A stretch of 64,000 nucleotides of DNA from an uncultured delta proteobacterium (GTDB lineage Bacteria > Myxococcota_A > Polyangia > Polyangiales > Polyangiaceae). This document shows positions 9,036 to 17,994 of the stretch, piece by piece. The notes under the pieces were generated by a model. The model searched no databases and was not told the origin of the DNA. It worked only from the letters and a program-made list of their open reading frames with translations. Each line of letters opens with the position of its first letter. Position 1 is the first letter of the stretch. The position numbers and the translations under genes were made by a program. The stretch is taken from positions 5,024,001-5,088,000 of the forward strand of contig CAWDXG010000004.1 of assembly GCA_963806225.1 (NCBI GenBank), written 5' to 3'.

Positions 9036-10481
9036 ATGACCGCCAGCGCTACCTACCGCGCCCCCTTTGCCCCGGGCGGCCCCACCGCCGTCGACGCCGA
9101 GGTGTGCCGCAAGCTGCTCGCCGTTGCCCTGTCGCGCGGAGGCGACTACGCGGATCTGTTCTTCGAATATCGGGCGGGTGGCGGCCTGGTGTTCGAGGAG
9201 GGCATCACGCGCAGCGCTTCGCGCGGTGTCAGCATGGGGTTGGGCGTCCGGGTGCAGCGCGGCGACGCGACCGGCTACGCCCACGTCGAGGATCTTACCT
9301 GGGAGGCGATGAAGCGCGCGGCCGAGACCGCCGCCCGGATAGCGAGCGGCGGAGCCGGAACTCCTCCGGTGAAGCTCGAGCCCGTCGTGCTGCCCAGTCG
9401 CTACGAGCTCGACGAGCTTTCCATCGACGTGGAAGGTCTGGACAAGCGCAGGCTGCTCGAGCGGGTCAGCAAGGCCGCGCTGGCGTTCGATCCGAAGATC
9501 GTCAAGGTGGAAGCGTCGTTCGCCGAGGAGGTCCGCGAGATCCTCGTGGCGACGAGCGACGGGCACATCGCCCACGACGTGCAGCCGCTGATGCGCATCG
9601 GCGTCCGGGCGATTGCGGAGCACGAGGGCCGGCGCGAGGCCGGCCGCAGCGGCGGCGGGGGCCGCATGACGCTCGGCTACTTCGAAGGCAAGAGCCCAGA
9701 ATGGCACGCCGAGCAGGCCGCACGGCAGGCTCTGGTGCTGCTCGATGCGCGGCAGGCGCCGGCGGGGCAGCTGGAGGTGGTGCTGGCGCCGGGCGACAGC
9801 GGCATCCTGCTCCACGAGGCCGTGGGTCACGGACTCGAAGCGGACTTCAATCGCAAGGGCACGAGCAACTACACCGGCCAGGTGGGCAAGCCTGTCGCGA
9901 GCGAGCTCTGTACCGTGGTGGACGACCCGAGCTTCGTGCAGGCGCGCGGCTCCATCAACGTGGACGACGAGGGCGTCGAACCGCACAAGAGCGTGCTGAT
10001 CGAGAATGGCGTCCTGCGCGGCTACATGCAGGACCGACTCTCGGCCCGTCACTTCAAGACGCGGCCGACCGGCAACGGGCGGCGCGAGAGCTTCGCCTGC
10101 GCGCCCATGCCGCGCATGACGAACACGGTGCTGCTCGCGGGACCGCACGACCCCGAGGAGATCGTCAAGAGCGTGAAACGGGGAGTCTTCGCCAAGACAT
10201 TCGGAGGGGGGCAGGTGGACATATCGAACGGCGACTTCGTCTTTTCGCTGACAGAGAGCTACTTGATCGAGGATGGCCGCATCACCGCCCCACTGAAGGG
10301 CGTGAACCTGATTGGCAATGGTCCCGAAACACTCCGGCAGGTAAGCATGCTGGGCAACGATGTCGCAACGTCGGACGGTATCTGGACTTGCGGCAAGGAC
10401 GGGCAAAGCGTCCCGGTCGGTGTGGGCTGCCCGACGATCAAGATTTCGCGGATCACGGTCGGTGGAACCGAAATCGGGTGA
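9036..10481 (+). CDS. tldD: TldD family metalloprotease
   Basis: LLHEAVGHGLEADF, GSINVDDEG, GNGRRES, PMPRMTNT, CGKDGQSVPV. Confidence 0.95.
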   Translation: MTASATYRAPFAPGGPTAVDAEVCRKLLAVALSRGGDYADLFFEYRAGGGLVFEEGITRSASRGVSMGLGVRVQRGDATGYAHVEDLTWEAMKRAAETAARIASGGAGTPPVKLEPVVLPSRYELDELSIDVEGLDKRRLLERVSKAALAFDPKIVKVEASFAEEVREILVATSDGHIAHDVQPLMRIGVRAIAEHEGRREAGRSGGGGRMTLGYFEGKSPEWHAEQAARQALVLLDARQAPAGQLEVVLAPGDSGILLHEAVGHGLEADFNRKGTSNYTGQVGKPVASELCTVVDDPSFVQARGSINVDDEGVEPHKSVLIENGVLRGYMQDRLSARHFKTRPTGNGRRESFACAPMPRMTNTVLLAGPHDPEEIVKSVKRGVFAKTFGGGQVDISNGDFVFSLTESYLIEDGRITAPLKGVNLIGNGPETLRQVSMLGNDVATSDGIWTCGKDGQSVPVGVGCPTIKISRITVGGTEIG

Positions 10482-11256
10482 AGCGCCCAGGCGCACACGC
10501 ACGTACGTGGGCGTGATTGGTCACGGCCCGTTGCTCGAACGCGAGGACGGCGGAGCGGCGACATTGCGCCAGCTCGGCGCGACCGTGCGCACGCTCGACC
10601 TGTGGGACGACCCGGTCAACCTGATCGGCCTGGACGACGACGAGCTCGAGATCCGGCCGCGGGCGCTGCTGTTCGAGGCGCTGGACCGCCCGGACCTGGC
10701 CGTCGCGGCGCTGCGTGCGGTGCGCCGCGAAACCTACTTCGACAACGTCGGAGCGATCATCTCCGTGACCGTCGGGCAGGTGGCGCGCATCGATCCTTCC
10801 AGTGGTTTCGACGACTTCGTGCTGCACCCGTACGTGCCGGAGGAGCTGTACTCGCGCATCCGTGCGCTGGAATGGCGCCGCAGCGAGTTCGCAACCGATG
10901 AACGCCAGAAGATCGGCCCCATCGTGATCGACAAGGCCGGTCACGAGGTCGAGGTCAACGGCCGGCCCATTTCGCTGACGGCGAAGGAGTTCGCGCTTCT
11001 GGCCTACATGTCGGAGCGGCGCGGCCGCGTGCTGTCGCGCGAGCATCTCCTGTCGCGGGTCTGGGGCAACCGCTACGAGGGTGGCCCGCGCACCGTGGAC
11101 ATCCACGTCCGGCGCCTGCGCGCCAAGCTGGGAGATGCGCTGCCGCTCGAGACGCTGCGCGGGTCGGGCTACAAGCTGCGCGCCCCCGACAGCGACGGCG
11201 GTGGCGCGGACGACGACACCGGCGCCAGCGAGCCCCCGCCGGCTTCCGGGGCATGA
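10462..11256 (+). CDS. OmpR/PhoB-type winged-helix regulator with atypical receiver domain (start uncertain: 10462, 10507 or 10513)
   Basis: LTAKEFALL, VLSREHLL, RTVDIHVRRLRAKLG, TLRGSGY. Confidence 0.88.
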   Translation: MEPKSGEAPRRTRTYVGVIGHGPLLEREDGGAATLRQLGATVRTLDLWDDPVNLIGLDDDELEIRPRALLFEALDRPDLAVAALRAVRRETYFDNVGAIISVTVGQVARIDPSSGFDDFVLHPYVPEELYSRIRALEWRRSEFATDERQKIGPIVIDKAGHEVEVNGRPISLTAKEFALLAYMSERRGRVLSREHLLSRVWGNRYEGGPRTVDIHVRRLRAKLGDALPLETLRGSGYKLRAPDSDGGGADDDTGASEPPPASGA

Positions 11257-12245
11257 TCGTCGTCTCGACGGGATGTCCTGCCGGCATCGGGCCGGAGGTG
11301 TCGGTGGCGGCCGCCGCGAAGCTCGAACGCACGCCGTGCGTGCTCGTCGGTGACGAGCGGACATTGCTGGCGGCGGCGAAGCAGGTCGGTGTTCCGCGCG
11401 CGAGGCTCACGGAGTTCGACGGCGAGCCCGCGCCGGGGCGTATTGCCGTGTTGCCCGCCGGAGTGCCGCTGTCGGCGTCGGATCGTCGTCCCGGTCGGCC
11501 ATCGCAGGGCGCCGGGGCTGCCCAGCTCGCCTACATCGATGCCGCCTACAAGCTGGCCAAGGCCCACGGCGCCGCGCTGGTGACCGCCCCCGTCAGCAAG
11601 GCGGCGATCGCGCATTCGGGAGCTCGAGGCGCGGCGCGTTTCACCGGTCACACTGAATGGCTGCGCGATCGCGATGGCGCCCGAGCGAGCATCATGTGCT
11701 TCGCCGCACCCGGGCTCGTGACGAGCCTCGTCACCACCCACCTGCCGCTTTCGCGCGTGCCGCGCAGCCTGACGCCCGACAACGTCGCGCTCGCCACGGT
11801 CTGGCTCGCACGGCTCCTCCGCGCCCTCGACAACGAGCTGCCGCTGATCGCCGTGGCGTCGTTGAACCCGCACGCCGGGGAGGGCGAGCTGTTCGGACGC
11901 GAGGAGAGCCTCGCGATCGCGCCCGGGATCGCTTTGGCGCGCCGCCGCCTGCGCGGCAAAGCGCGCATCGAGGGGCCGGTCGGCGCGGAAACGGCCTATC
12001 GCAAGGCCTGGGCGGGGGAGTACGACGGCGTGGTCGCGATGTACCACGACCAGGCGACCATCCCGATGAAGCTCGTCGCGTTCGGCGAGGCCGTCAATGT
12101 GACGATGGGGCTCTCCATCGTCCGCACCAGCGTCGATCACGGGACGGCGTACGACATCGCATGGAGCGGCAAGGCCGACGCCACCGGGATGCTGCGCGCG
12201 ATGCAGCTCGGACAGCGGCTCTCGAACGGAGCAAGCCGGCGTTGA
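11253..12245 (+). CDS. pdxA: 4-hydroxythreonine-4-phosphate dehydrogenase
   Basis: GCPAGIGPEV, TAPVSK, GHTEWL, LNPHAGE, AMYHDQ, RTSVDHGTAYDIA. Confidence 0.96.
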   Translation: MIVVSTGCPAGIGPEVSVAAAAKLERTPCVLVGDERTLLAAAKQVGVPRARLTEFDGEPAPGRIAVLPAGVPLSASDRRPGRPSQGAGAAQLAYIDAAYKLAKAHGAALVTAPVSKAAIAHSGARGAARFTGHTEWLRDRDGARASIMCFAAPGLVTSLVTTHLPLSRVPRSLTPDNVALATVWLARLLRALDNELPLIAVASLNPHAGEGELFGREESLAIAPGIALARRRLRGKARIEGPVGAETAYRKAWAGEYDGVVAMYHDQATIPMKLVAFGEAVNVTMGLSIVRTSVDHGTAYDIAWSGKADATGMLRAMQLGQRLSNGASRR

Positions 12246-14455
12246 GCCAGCTTGGCGCGCAGGCGCTCGAGGCGCTCGAGCTCATGCTGCGCTCCGTCGA
12301 GCGAGCGGGCGGACGGGGTCTTTCGCGTCTGGAGGACGACGCGCTGTACGATGGGCTACTGCGCATCGTGCTCGGCTTCGTTGCGCTGGACGCCGCCGAA
12401 CAGCGGGGCATGCTGCCGGCACCGCCAGAGGCCGGCGACGGCAGCGAGTGGGAGCGGCTGATCCTGCGCTGGCGAAGTGTACACAACGGCGCGGACGGCC
12501 TGCCGCGGCACCAGGCGCGACTCTTCGACGCCGGGGCGAACGCGCTGTTCCGCGCCGGCGCGCCAATCGACGATGCCACGCTGTCGCGCGTCGCGGCGCT
12601 GCTCCGGACACTCCAGCGTGGCGACCGGCGCGTCGATCACCGGGCGCTGCCGCTGGAAACGCTGGGCCAGCTCTACGAGCAGCTGATCGGCTACCGCATC
12701 GAGCGCGCCGACGGCTCCCGGCGCATCGTCCGCGGCGGCGCGCGCAAGCGGAGCGGCAGCTTCTTTACCCCCCGCGCGCTCGCCGCGAAGGTCGTCGAGG
12801 CGGCGCTGGCGCCGCTCGCAGAGAGACTGGAGAGCGTGGACCCTGGCGATCGGGCGGCAGTGATCCGCGGCTTCCGGCTGTGCGACCCGGCGATGGGTGC
12901 TGGAGTTTTCCTGATGGAGGCATGTCGCCGGCTTGCCGTGCTCCTGTCGCGTGCCGATGCCGTGCCCGATCGCGAAGCGATGCGCAGCGTGGCGCTCGAG
13001 TGTCTGTACGGCGTCGACCGGAGCGAGCTCGCGGTCGCCGTCGCGGAGCTGTCGCTCTGGTTGCTCGTCGGTGACCCCGGAACGCCGGTTGCCGGGATAG
13101 CGCGCCATCTCGCAGTCGGCGATTCGCTGCTCGGGGCGGTGGGGCCCACTTCGCGGCAGGCGGCGGACCGCGTGCTGTCGGCGGCGCTGTTCGACGATCC
13201 GTTCACGCCCGCGAGCGACTTCGGTGGCGGCCGCTTCTTCCACTTTGCGCTGGAGTTCCCCGATGCGGCGTCGGGGTTCGACGTGGTGGTCGGCAACCCG
13301 CCCTGGGTCGCATTCGCCGGGCGTGCGGCGCAGCCGCTCGATCCGCGCCTCCGTCGCTATTTCCGCGAGGCCTTCCGCGCCATGCACGGCTACCCCACGC
13401 TGCATGGGCTGTTCGTCGAGCGGGCCGCCGAGCTCGCCCCGCACGGCGTCGTGGCGCTGCTGGTGCCGAGCCCGATCGCGGACCTGGACGGCTACAGGGC
13501 GGTGCGCCGCGCGCTGACGGCGAGCCACAGACTGCGCGAGCCCCTGCTCGAGCTCGGGCAGGATGCTTTCGAGTCCGTCGTCCAGCCCTGCTTCGTACTG
13601 GTCGCCGAGCCCGACTCCGGCGCCCAGGCCGACGACCGGCCCTGGCGGCTCGCCGAGCGACAGCGGGTGGGGGGCGCTGCCGAGGCCGTACGGGTGCCGG
13701 AGCTTCTTTCGCTGCTGGCGCGCGCGCCGTCGCTGCCCTCGACGGCGTTCCGCGAAATGGGATTCCAGAGCTCGCGTATTGCCAGCCGCGAGCTGATGCT
13801 GCGAGCGCCCGGTCCGGACCAGCGACACCGCTACCCGCTGCTCGAAGGACGCGACGTGTCCGAGTTCTCGGAAGGGCCGCCGCGGCTCTACCTCTGCGTC
13901 GAGCCCGAGGAGCTGGTCCGGGCCCGCTGTCGAGTACGGCGGGAGCAGGACTACCAGGCGGCGCGCTTCGTCGTGCGGCAGACGGCGAAGGTTCCGATCG
14001 CCGCGCTGCACTCGGGGCTTCCGTTCCGCAACTCGCTCCTGGCCGGGCTGGAAGTGGAAGGATTTTCCGCCGAGCTGCTCGTCGCGCTTCTGAACAGCGC
14101 CCTGTACCGCGCACTCCATCTCTCCACGCGCCGCGATGCCCGGCAGGCGGCCTTCCCCCAGGTCAAGCTCGCGCATCTCCGCGCGCTGCCGCGGCCGCCG
14201 GTCGACGCCGCGCTGCACGCGCGCCTCGCAGCCATCACCGGACGGGCGACGCATGGCGGTATGGGCCCAGCGCTGCGCCGGGAGCTGGACGATGCGGTCT
14301 TCGATCTATTCGCCGTCCCCCCCGACCACCGCCGGGAAGTGCGCGCCTTCCTGGCCGTGCGGGCGAAGCGCCTGGGCTACGTCGTGGAAGGTCCGGACGC
14401 GCGCCCGAGCACGCCGCTCGACCCGGTTCGCGAGCGGCTCGGTGCCGCTACTTGA
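12242..14455 (+). CDS. N6-adenine DNA methyltransferase, type IIG/Eco57I-TaqI-like, no apparent nuclease domain
   Basis: GSFFTP, motif I CDPAMGAGVF, YGVD, motif IV VVGNPPW, TRD-like C-terminus; TTG start overlaps the pdxA stop. Confidence 0.85.
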   Translation: MSQLGAQALEALELMLRSVERAGGRGLSRLEDDALYDGLLRIVLGFVALDAAEQRGMLPAPPEAGDGSEWERLILRWRSVHNGADGLPRHQARLFDAGANALFRAGAPIDDATLSRVAALLRTLQRGDRRVDHRALPLETLGQLYEQLIGYRIERADGSRRIVRGGARKRSGSFFTPRALAAKVVEAALAPLAERLESVDPGDRAAVIRGFRLCDPAMGAGVFLMEACRRLAVLLSRADAVPDREAMRSVALECLYGVDRSELAVAVAELSLWLLVGDPGTPVAGIARHLAVGDSLLGAVGPTSRQAADRVLSAALFDDPFTPASDFGGGRFFHFALEFPDAASGFDVVVGNPPWVAFAGRAAQPLDPRLRRYFREAFRAMHGYPTLHGLFVERAAELAPHGVVALLVPSPIADLDGYRAVRRALTASHRLREPLLELGQDAFESVVQPCFVLVAEPDSGAQADDRPWRLAERQRVGGAAEAVRVPELLSLLARAPSLPSTAFREMGFQSSRIASRELMLRAPGPDQRHRYPLLEGRDVSEFSEGPPRLYLCVEPEELVRARCRVRREQDYQAARFVVRQTAKVPIAALHSGLPFRNSLLAGLEVEGFSAELLVALLNSALYRALHLSTRRDARQAAFPQVKLAHLRALPRPPVDAALHARLAAITGRATHGGMGPALRRELDDAVFDLFAVPPDHRREVRAFLAVRAKRLGYVVEGPDARPSTPLDPVRERLGAAT

Positions 14456-16322
14456 TGGGCGGAGGCGTGTAGATCTTCTTCACGTTGGCGCCACCGGCGA
14501 ACGCGTAGGAGCCGACGTTGCCGTAGCCGTACACCATCAGGCCGAAACCGATGCTGCCCGAGACGTTGTGCGCCCCCTCGCCGAGCGGGCAGCGGTAGGT
14601 CTCGTAGGACTTGCCGCCCAGTTGCCCCGCGTTCGACTGGACGCAGCTCGACGGCAGCGCGGCACCGTCGATCTTGAAAGTGCCTCCGGTCGGTGCTGCG
14701 ATCACGAAGTAGTTGTTCGACCAGCTGGGGGGGATCAGGAACACGTAGTCCTTCCGGTACTGGTCGACGGGCGGGAAGATCGTGAGCGATGGGTCGCCGA
14801 TGTTGCTCGTCGTGTAGCCCGCGCTCACGAGGAGTTGTCCAATCGCGATCGGCTGGGTCGACTGGACGACGATGTCCTTGTCGGTCCACGTCTCCTTCAT
14901 TTCGCCGGGCTGCAGGGTAAACGAGTCGAACGGGGCGGGCAGGTTCGTCGTGACCGTTGCGGGGCTCGCGACGCCCATGAAACGCAACACGTCCGGCTCG
15001 GTGTAGCCACCGGTCGAGCGGACGGGACTGCGCGACACGACGAACGTCTTGCCCATCGCGGTGACCGGGAACACCTGCTCCTCCAGATGATCGGTGCAGC
15101 AAACGTCGGAGCCGTCGGTGCCAGGTGGCGGCGGCGCGCCGAGATTCTTGGGATTGACCAGTCCGCGTTCTCCGCCCGAAAAGACCACGATGGGCTTGTC
15201 CGCCTGGACTACCGTTCCCGTCATGTCGCCGGGCATGCCATCCGAAGCGAGGTTCAGTACGTCGAAGGAGCCGAGCTTCGCGGTGATCGTGCCGCCCTTC
15301 GGCGTGTTCGGGATGTACTTGGTGTCGGTGCGGATCTTGGTCCCCGCGATGACCGTGACGTGCGTGTCCGGCTCGATGCCGACGACGGTGACGTTGGAGT
15401 GATCCGGAATGCCGGCGATCTGCGGCAAACCGGGAACGGAGATCGGGTTCGCCGTCGGGTAGCCGAGGACGCGGTAGATCGTGCCGAGCCCGTTGCGCGG
15501 CAGAAGCAGCGACGCGTCGTTGGAGAAATTGTTCGTGAAGTTGTTGAACTGGTAGACGACCAGCGGCACCGTCGACGTGATACGGAACGCCTTCGACGAC
15601 AGGAAGGTACCGGGCGGCCCCGGCGGATCCTGCGTGCTGGGCGTCCACCCCGTCACTTCCGCGCGCGGAAGCCCGACCGCCTTGACGTCGCCTGGTGCGA
15701 CATTCAGCGTCTGCACCGTGGTCAGGTTCCTGGGCTGTCCGTAGGCGGCCTGGTTCGCCTCGATCGTGACCTGTGCGACGCCGTGGCCGGCGTTCGACAG
15801 CACGACGCCCCACTGCCCCTTCGATGCGTCGTCAATTCCGCGCGTGTTCGGCAGATCGACGGCCCAGAACTCGCAGCCCACGTTCGACGGCGAGCCGTCG
15901 GCCTTGTCACATTCGGTGGTGCACGCGCCGTTGTTGCAGACCTCGCCCTTCGCGAGATCACAGGTCTTGACGAGCGAGCCGGCCTTGCCGCTCTGGTCAC
16001 ACTTGTGGATCTCGTTGCCGACGCAGGTGGTCGTGCCAGGGTGACAATCGAGGCACCCCTCTCCCGCCACGCACACCCCGGGCGAGCAGTCCTTCTGGCC
16101 GGAAGGATTGCCCTGGGCGTCGCACAGCGTGAGCGTCGTGTCGGTCAGGCAGCTGTTGCAGCCGAACCCGCCGTCGAGGTTGCCGCCGCTGCCGCCGCTG
16201 GCCGCGCCGCCGCCGCTTCCGCCGGGTTGACCGGCGGTGCCGGAGGCGGAGCACGCCGATGGAGCGAGCAGTCCGACAAGCACAGACAGGGAAAGCAGGC
16301 CCAGAGGTCGCCACAAAGTCAT
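14448..16322 (-). CDS. IgGFc-binding-domain lipoprotein
   Basis: Lipobox PSAC, Gly linker, Cys-rich segment, SNVGCEFWAVDL, VVYQFN, SNDASLLLP, DHLEEQ, GDPSL. Confidence 0.85.
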   Translation of the reverse strand: MTLWRPLGLLSLSVLVGLLAPSACSASGTAGQPGGSGGGAASGGSGGNLDGGFGCNSCLTDTTLTLCDAQGNPSGQKDCSPGVCVAGEGCLDCHPGTTTCVGNEIHKCDQSGKAGSLVKTCDLAKGEVCNNGACTTECDKADGSPSNVGCEFWAVDLPNTRGIDDASKGQWGVVLSNAGHGVAQVTIEANQAAYGQPRNLTTVQTLNVAPGDVKAVGLPRAEVTGWTPSTQDPPGPPGTFLSSKAFRITSTVPLVVYQFNNFTNNFSNDASLLLPRNGLGTIYRVLGYPTANPISVPGLPQIAGIPDHSNVTVVGIEPDTHVTVIAGTKIRTDTKYIPNTPKGGTITAKLGSFDVLNLASDGMPGDMTGTVVQADKPIVVFSGGERGLVNPKNLGAPPPPGTDGSDVCCTDHLEEQVFPVTAMGKTFVVSRSPVRSTGGYTEPDVLRFMGVASPATVTTNLPAPFDSFTLQPGEMKETWTDKDIVVQSTQPIAIGQLLVSAGYTTSNIGDPSLTIFPPVDQYRKDYVFLIPPSWSNNYFVIAAPTGGTFKIDGAALPSSCVQSNAGQLGGKSYETYRCPLGEGAHNVSGSIGFGLMVYGYGNVGSYAFAGGANVKKIYTPPPIK

Positions 16323-16452
16323 GGGGCCTCAAGATACGGCTATTTCCGCCGATGCGCGAGCAAGCCGCCCGCGCGGCCACGCCCTTGACGCTCGGCAAGC
16401 CCAGCCTGCTTCGACGCGGGGTCGCGGGCGGCTGCCGTCCGGGATGAGTGGG

Positions 16453-16525
16453 TGGAGCCGAGGGGGATCGAACCCCTGACCTCATGACTGCCAGTCATGC
16501 GCTCTCCCAGCTGAGCTACGGCCCC
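16453..16525 (-). tRNA. tRNA-Ala(GGC)
   Basis: GGGGCCGTAGCTCAGCTGGGAGAGCG-CATGA-CT-GGC-AG-TCATG-AGGTCAGGGGTTCGATCCCCCTCGGCTCCA; CCA not encoded. Confidence 0.97.
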
Positions 16526-16627
16526 GGGAAGGACGCGGAGACTTGCACGCCTTGTCGCGGAAGGCGAGTAGGAATTTTCGCCTTTTTGCTGGTCCCGGGC
16601 TTCGCTGACCAGCGAAGGCTAGTGGCC

Positions 16628-16966
16628 TCAGCCGCCGCCCGGGTTGGGAGCAGCTGGGCGCGGCGCGGGCATGGGCACCGGTGGCGTCGGGGGCGCTCCG
16701 GGCGCGTTGCCCTTTGCGGCCGCCGAATCCGAAGCCGCCGGGGCGGCGCTGGCCTGGGGCGCCGCCTTCTTCGATAGCTGTTCTGCGGTTCTGCCCGGAG
16801 GTCGCGTCACCAGGAAGCCCAGCAGGGCCAGGAGCGCCAGAACCCCGCCCAGCAGTGGCAACCACATCGGCGTGTGCGGCTCGCCGGGCAAGAGCTCGTT
16901 GATCGGCTCGTCGTCGTCGTGGGCGTCGGCCGCCTGTGCGGCCTCCGGCTCGGTCGAGGCGCTCAT
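16628..16966 (-). CDS. Small single-TM hypothetical protein
   Basis: EPHTPMWLPLLG followed by a TM helix and an Ala/Pro tail; TAGGAT 6 nt upstream of the ATG. Confidence 0.7.
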   Translation of the reverse strand: MSASTEPEAAQAADAHDDDEPINELLPGEPHTPMWLPLLGGVLALLALLGFLVTRPPGRTAEQLSKKAAPQASAAPAASDSAAAKGNAPGAPPTPPVPMPAPRPAAPNPGGG

Positions 16967-17076
16967 GGCCCCATCCTATGGGCGGCCCGCCCACAGGGGT
17001 CAAGCCCGGCTTTGAAACGGTCTCGAAACCCAGGTGTCGTTGGGCAGGGGCCAGGCGGCTTGCTAGTATCCAGGGC

Positions 17077-17871
17077 GTGTCGCTCACCTTCGCGGTGGTC
17101 TCGGATTCCGAGCCGACCCAGGAGGCCCTGGGACTTTTCTGCAGGAGGCTCGAGACGTCCACCGGCGTCGACGTCGCCCCGTGCATCCTGTCGAGCTACG
17201 CTGCGCTGACCGCAGCGGCGTTGGCCGGCCGAGTGGATTTCGCGTGGGCTCCGCCGCTGGTGGCCGTCGAGCTGGAGGGCAGCAAGGCTGCGATTTCCAT
17301 GGTCGTTGTCCGGCGCGGTCTCCGAGGCGGCTACCATGCCGCGCTGTTTGCCCGGGCCGAGGCGCCGTACCGCAAACCCGAAGAGCTCGTGGGGCTGACC
17401 GCCGCGTGGGTGTCGCGCGAGAGCGCATCGGGCTACTTCGTGCCCCGTTGGCACCTCAGGTCGCTCGGCGTCGATCTGCACAAGGCCTTCCCCCGTGAGC
17501 TGTTCTGCTCCAGCCACGAGGCCGTCGTCGACGCCGTGCTCGGAGGGCAGGCCGACGTGGGCGCGACCCACGTGGGGCTGGAACCGGTGAGCGGCCAGCT
17601 CGCGGCGGCGCCGTGGCTCGACATGGGGGCTCCCGGAGGCGCGGTGCGGGTGCTGCTCCTGATCGGTCCGATCCCCGGTGATCTGATCGTGGCCGGGTCG
17701 CACGTTCCGCCGGACGTACGGCGGCGCGTCACTGCCGCGCTGCTGGCGATGCACGACGATCCGGATAGCGCGGCGCACGGCGTGTTCCAGGCGAGCCGTT
17801 TCGAGCCCGTGCCCGACGGGCACCTCGCGCTGCTCCGGCGTCTGGCTCGCTACTCGGAGACGAGAGCATGA
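17077..17871 (+). CDS. PhnD/phosphonate-binding-type solute-binding-fold protein without signal peptide
   Basis: GRVDFAWAPP, YHAALF, AWVSRESASGY, SHEAVVDAVLGGQADVGAT, PIPGD. Confidence 0.8.
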   Translation: MSLTFAVVSDSEPTQEALGLFCRRLETSTGVDVAPCILSSYAALTAAALAGRVDFAWAPPLVAVELEGSKAAISMVVVRRGLRGGYHAALFARAEAPYRKPEELVGLTAAWVSRESASGYFVPRWHLRSLGVDLHKAFPRELFCSSHEAVVDAVLGGQADVGATHVGLEPVSGQLAAAPWLDMGAPGGAVRVLLLIGPIPGDLIVAGSHVPPDVRRRVTAALLAMHDDPDSAAHGVFQASRFEPVPDGHLALLRRLARYSETRA

Positions 17872-17994
17872 AGAGGAGTCGCTTGACCGATGCTCGCACC
17901 GGACCCTAGCCTCACGCCTGCCGGGATCGCTCCTCGCTGGGCTGGCGCGACCGGACGATCACCGGCCCCATCGAGGCTTCGGGTGAGCTAGTCG

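Noticed and set aside
9036..10481. RiPP cluster suggested by TldD, or by the C39-like domain at 42285-43712
   Set aside because: No precursor peptide, YcaO, radical SAM enzyme or transporter near either gene
7275..10502. 1075-aa minus-strand ORF
   Set aside because: Mostly antisense to tldD and out of frame over the kinase; only the last 139 codons (HemJ-like) look like real protein
10478..10516. Fourth frameshift or leader peptide (MKRPGAHARTWA) before the response regulator
   Set aside because: In-frame GTG starts at 10462, 10507 and 10513 explain the gene without a shift
12242..14455. BREX, DISARM or complete R-M defence island
   Set aside because: No partner genes (pglZ, brxC, helicase, REase); flanks are pdxA and a lipoprotein
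16323..16627. Integrative element at tRNA-Ala (also considered for tRNA-Val)
   Set aside because: No integrase and no duplicated tRNA 3' end noticed; nearby hairpins (16561-16587, 16600-16617) look like ordinary terminators
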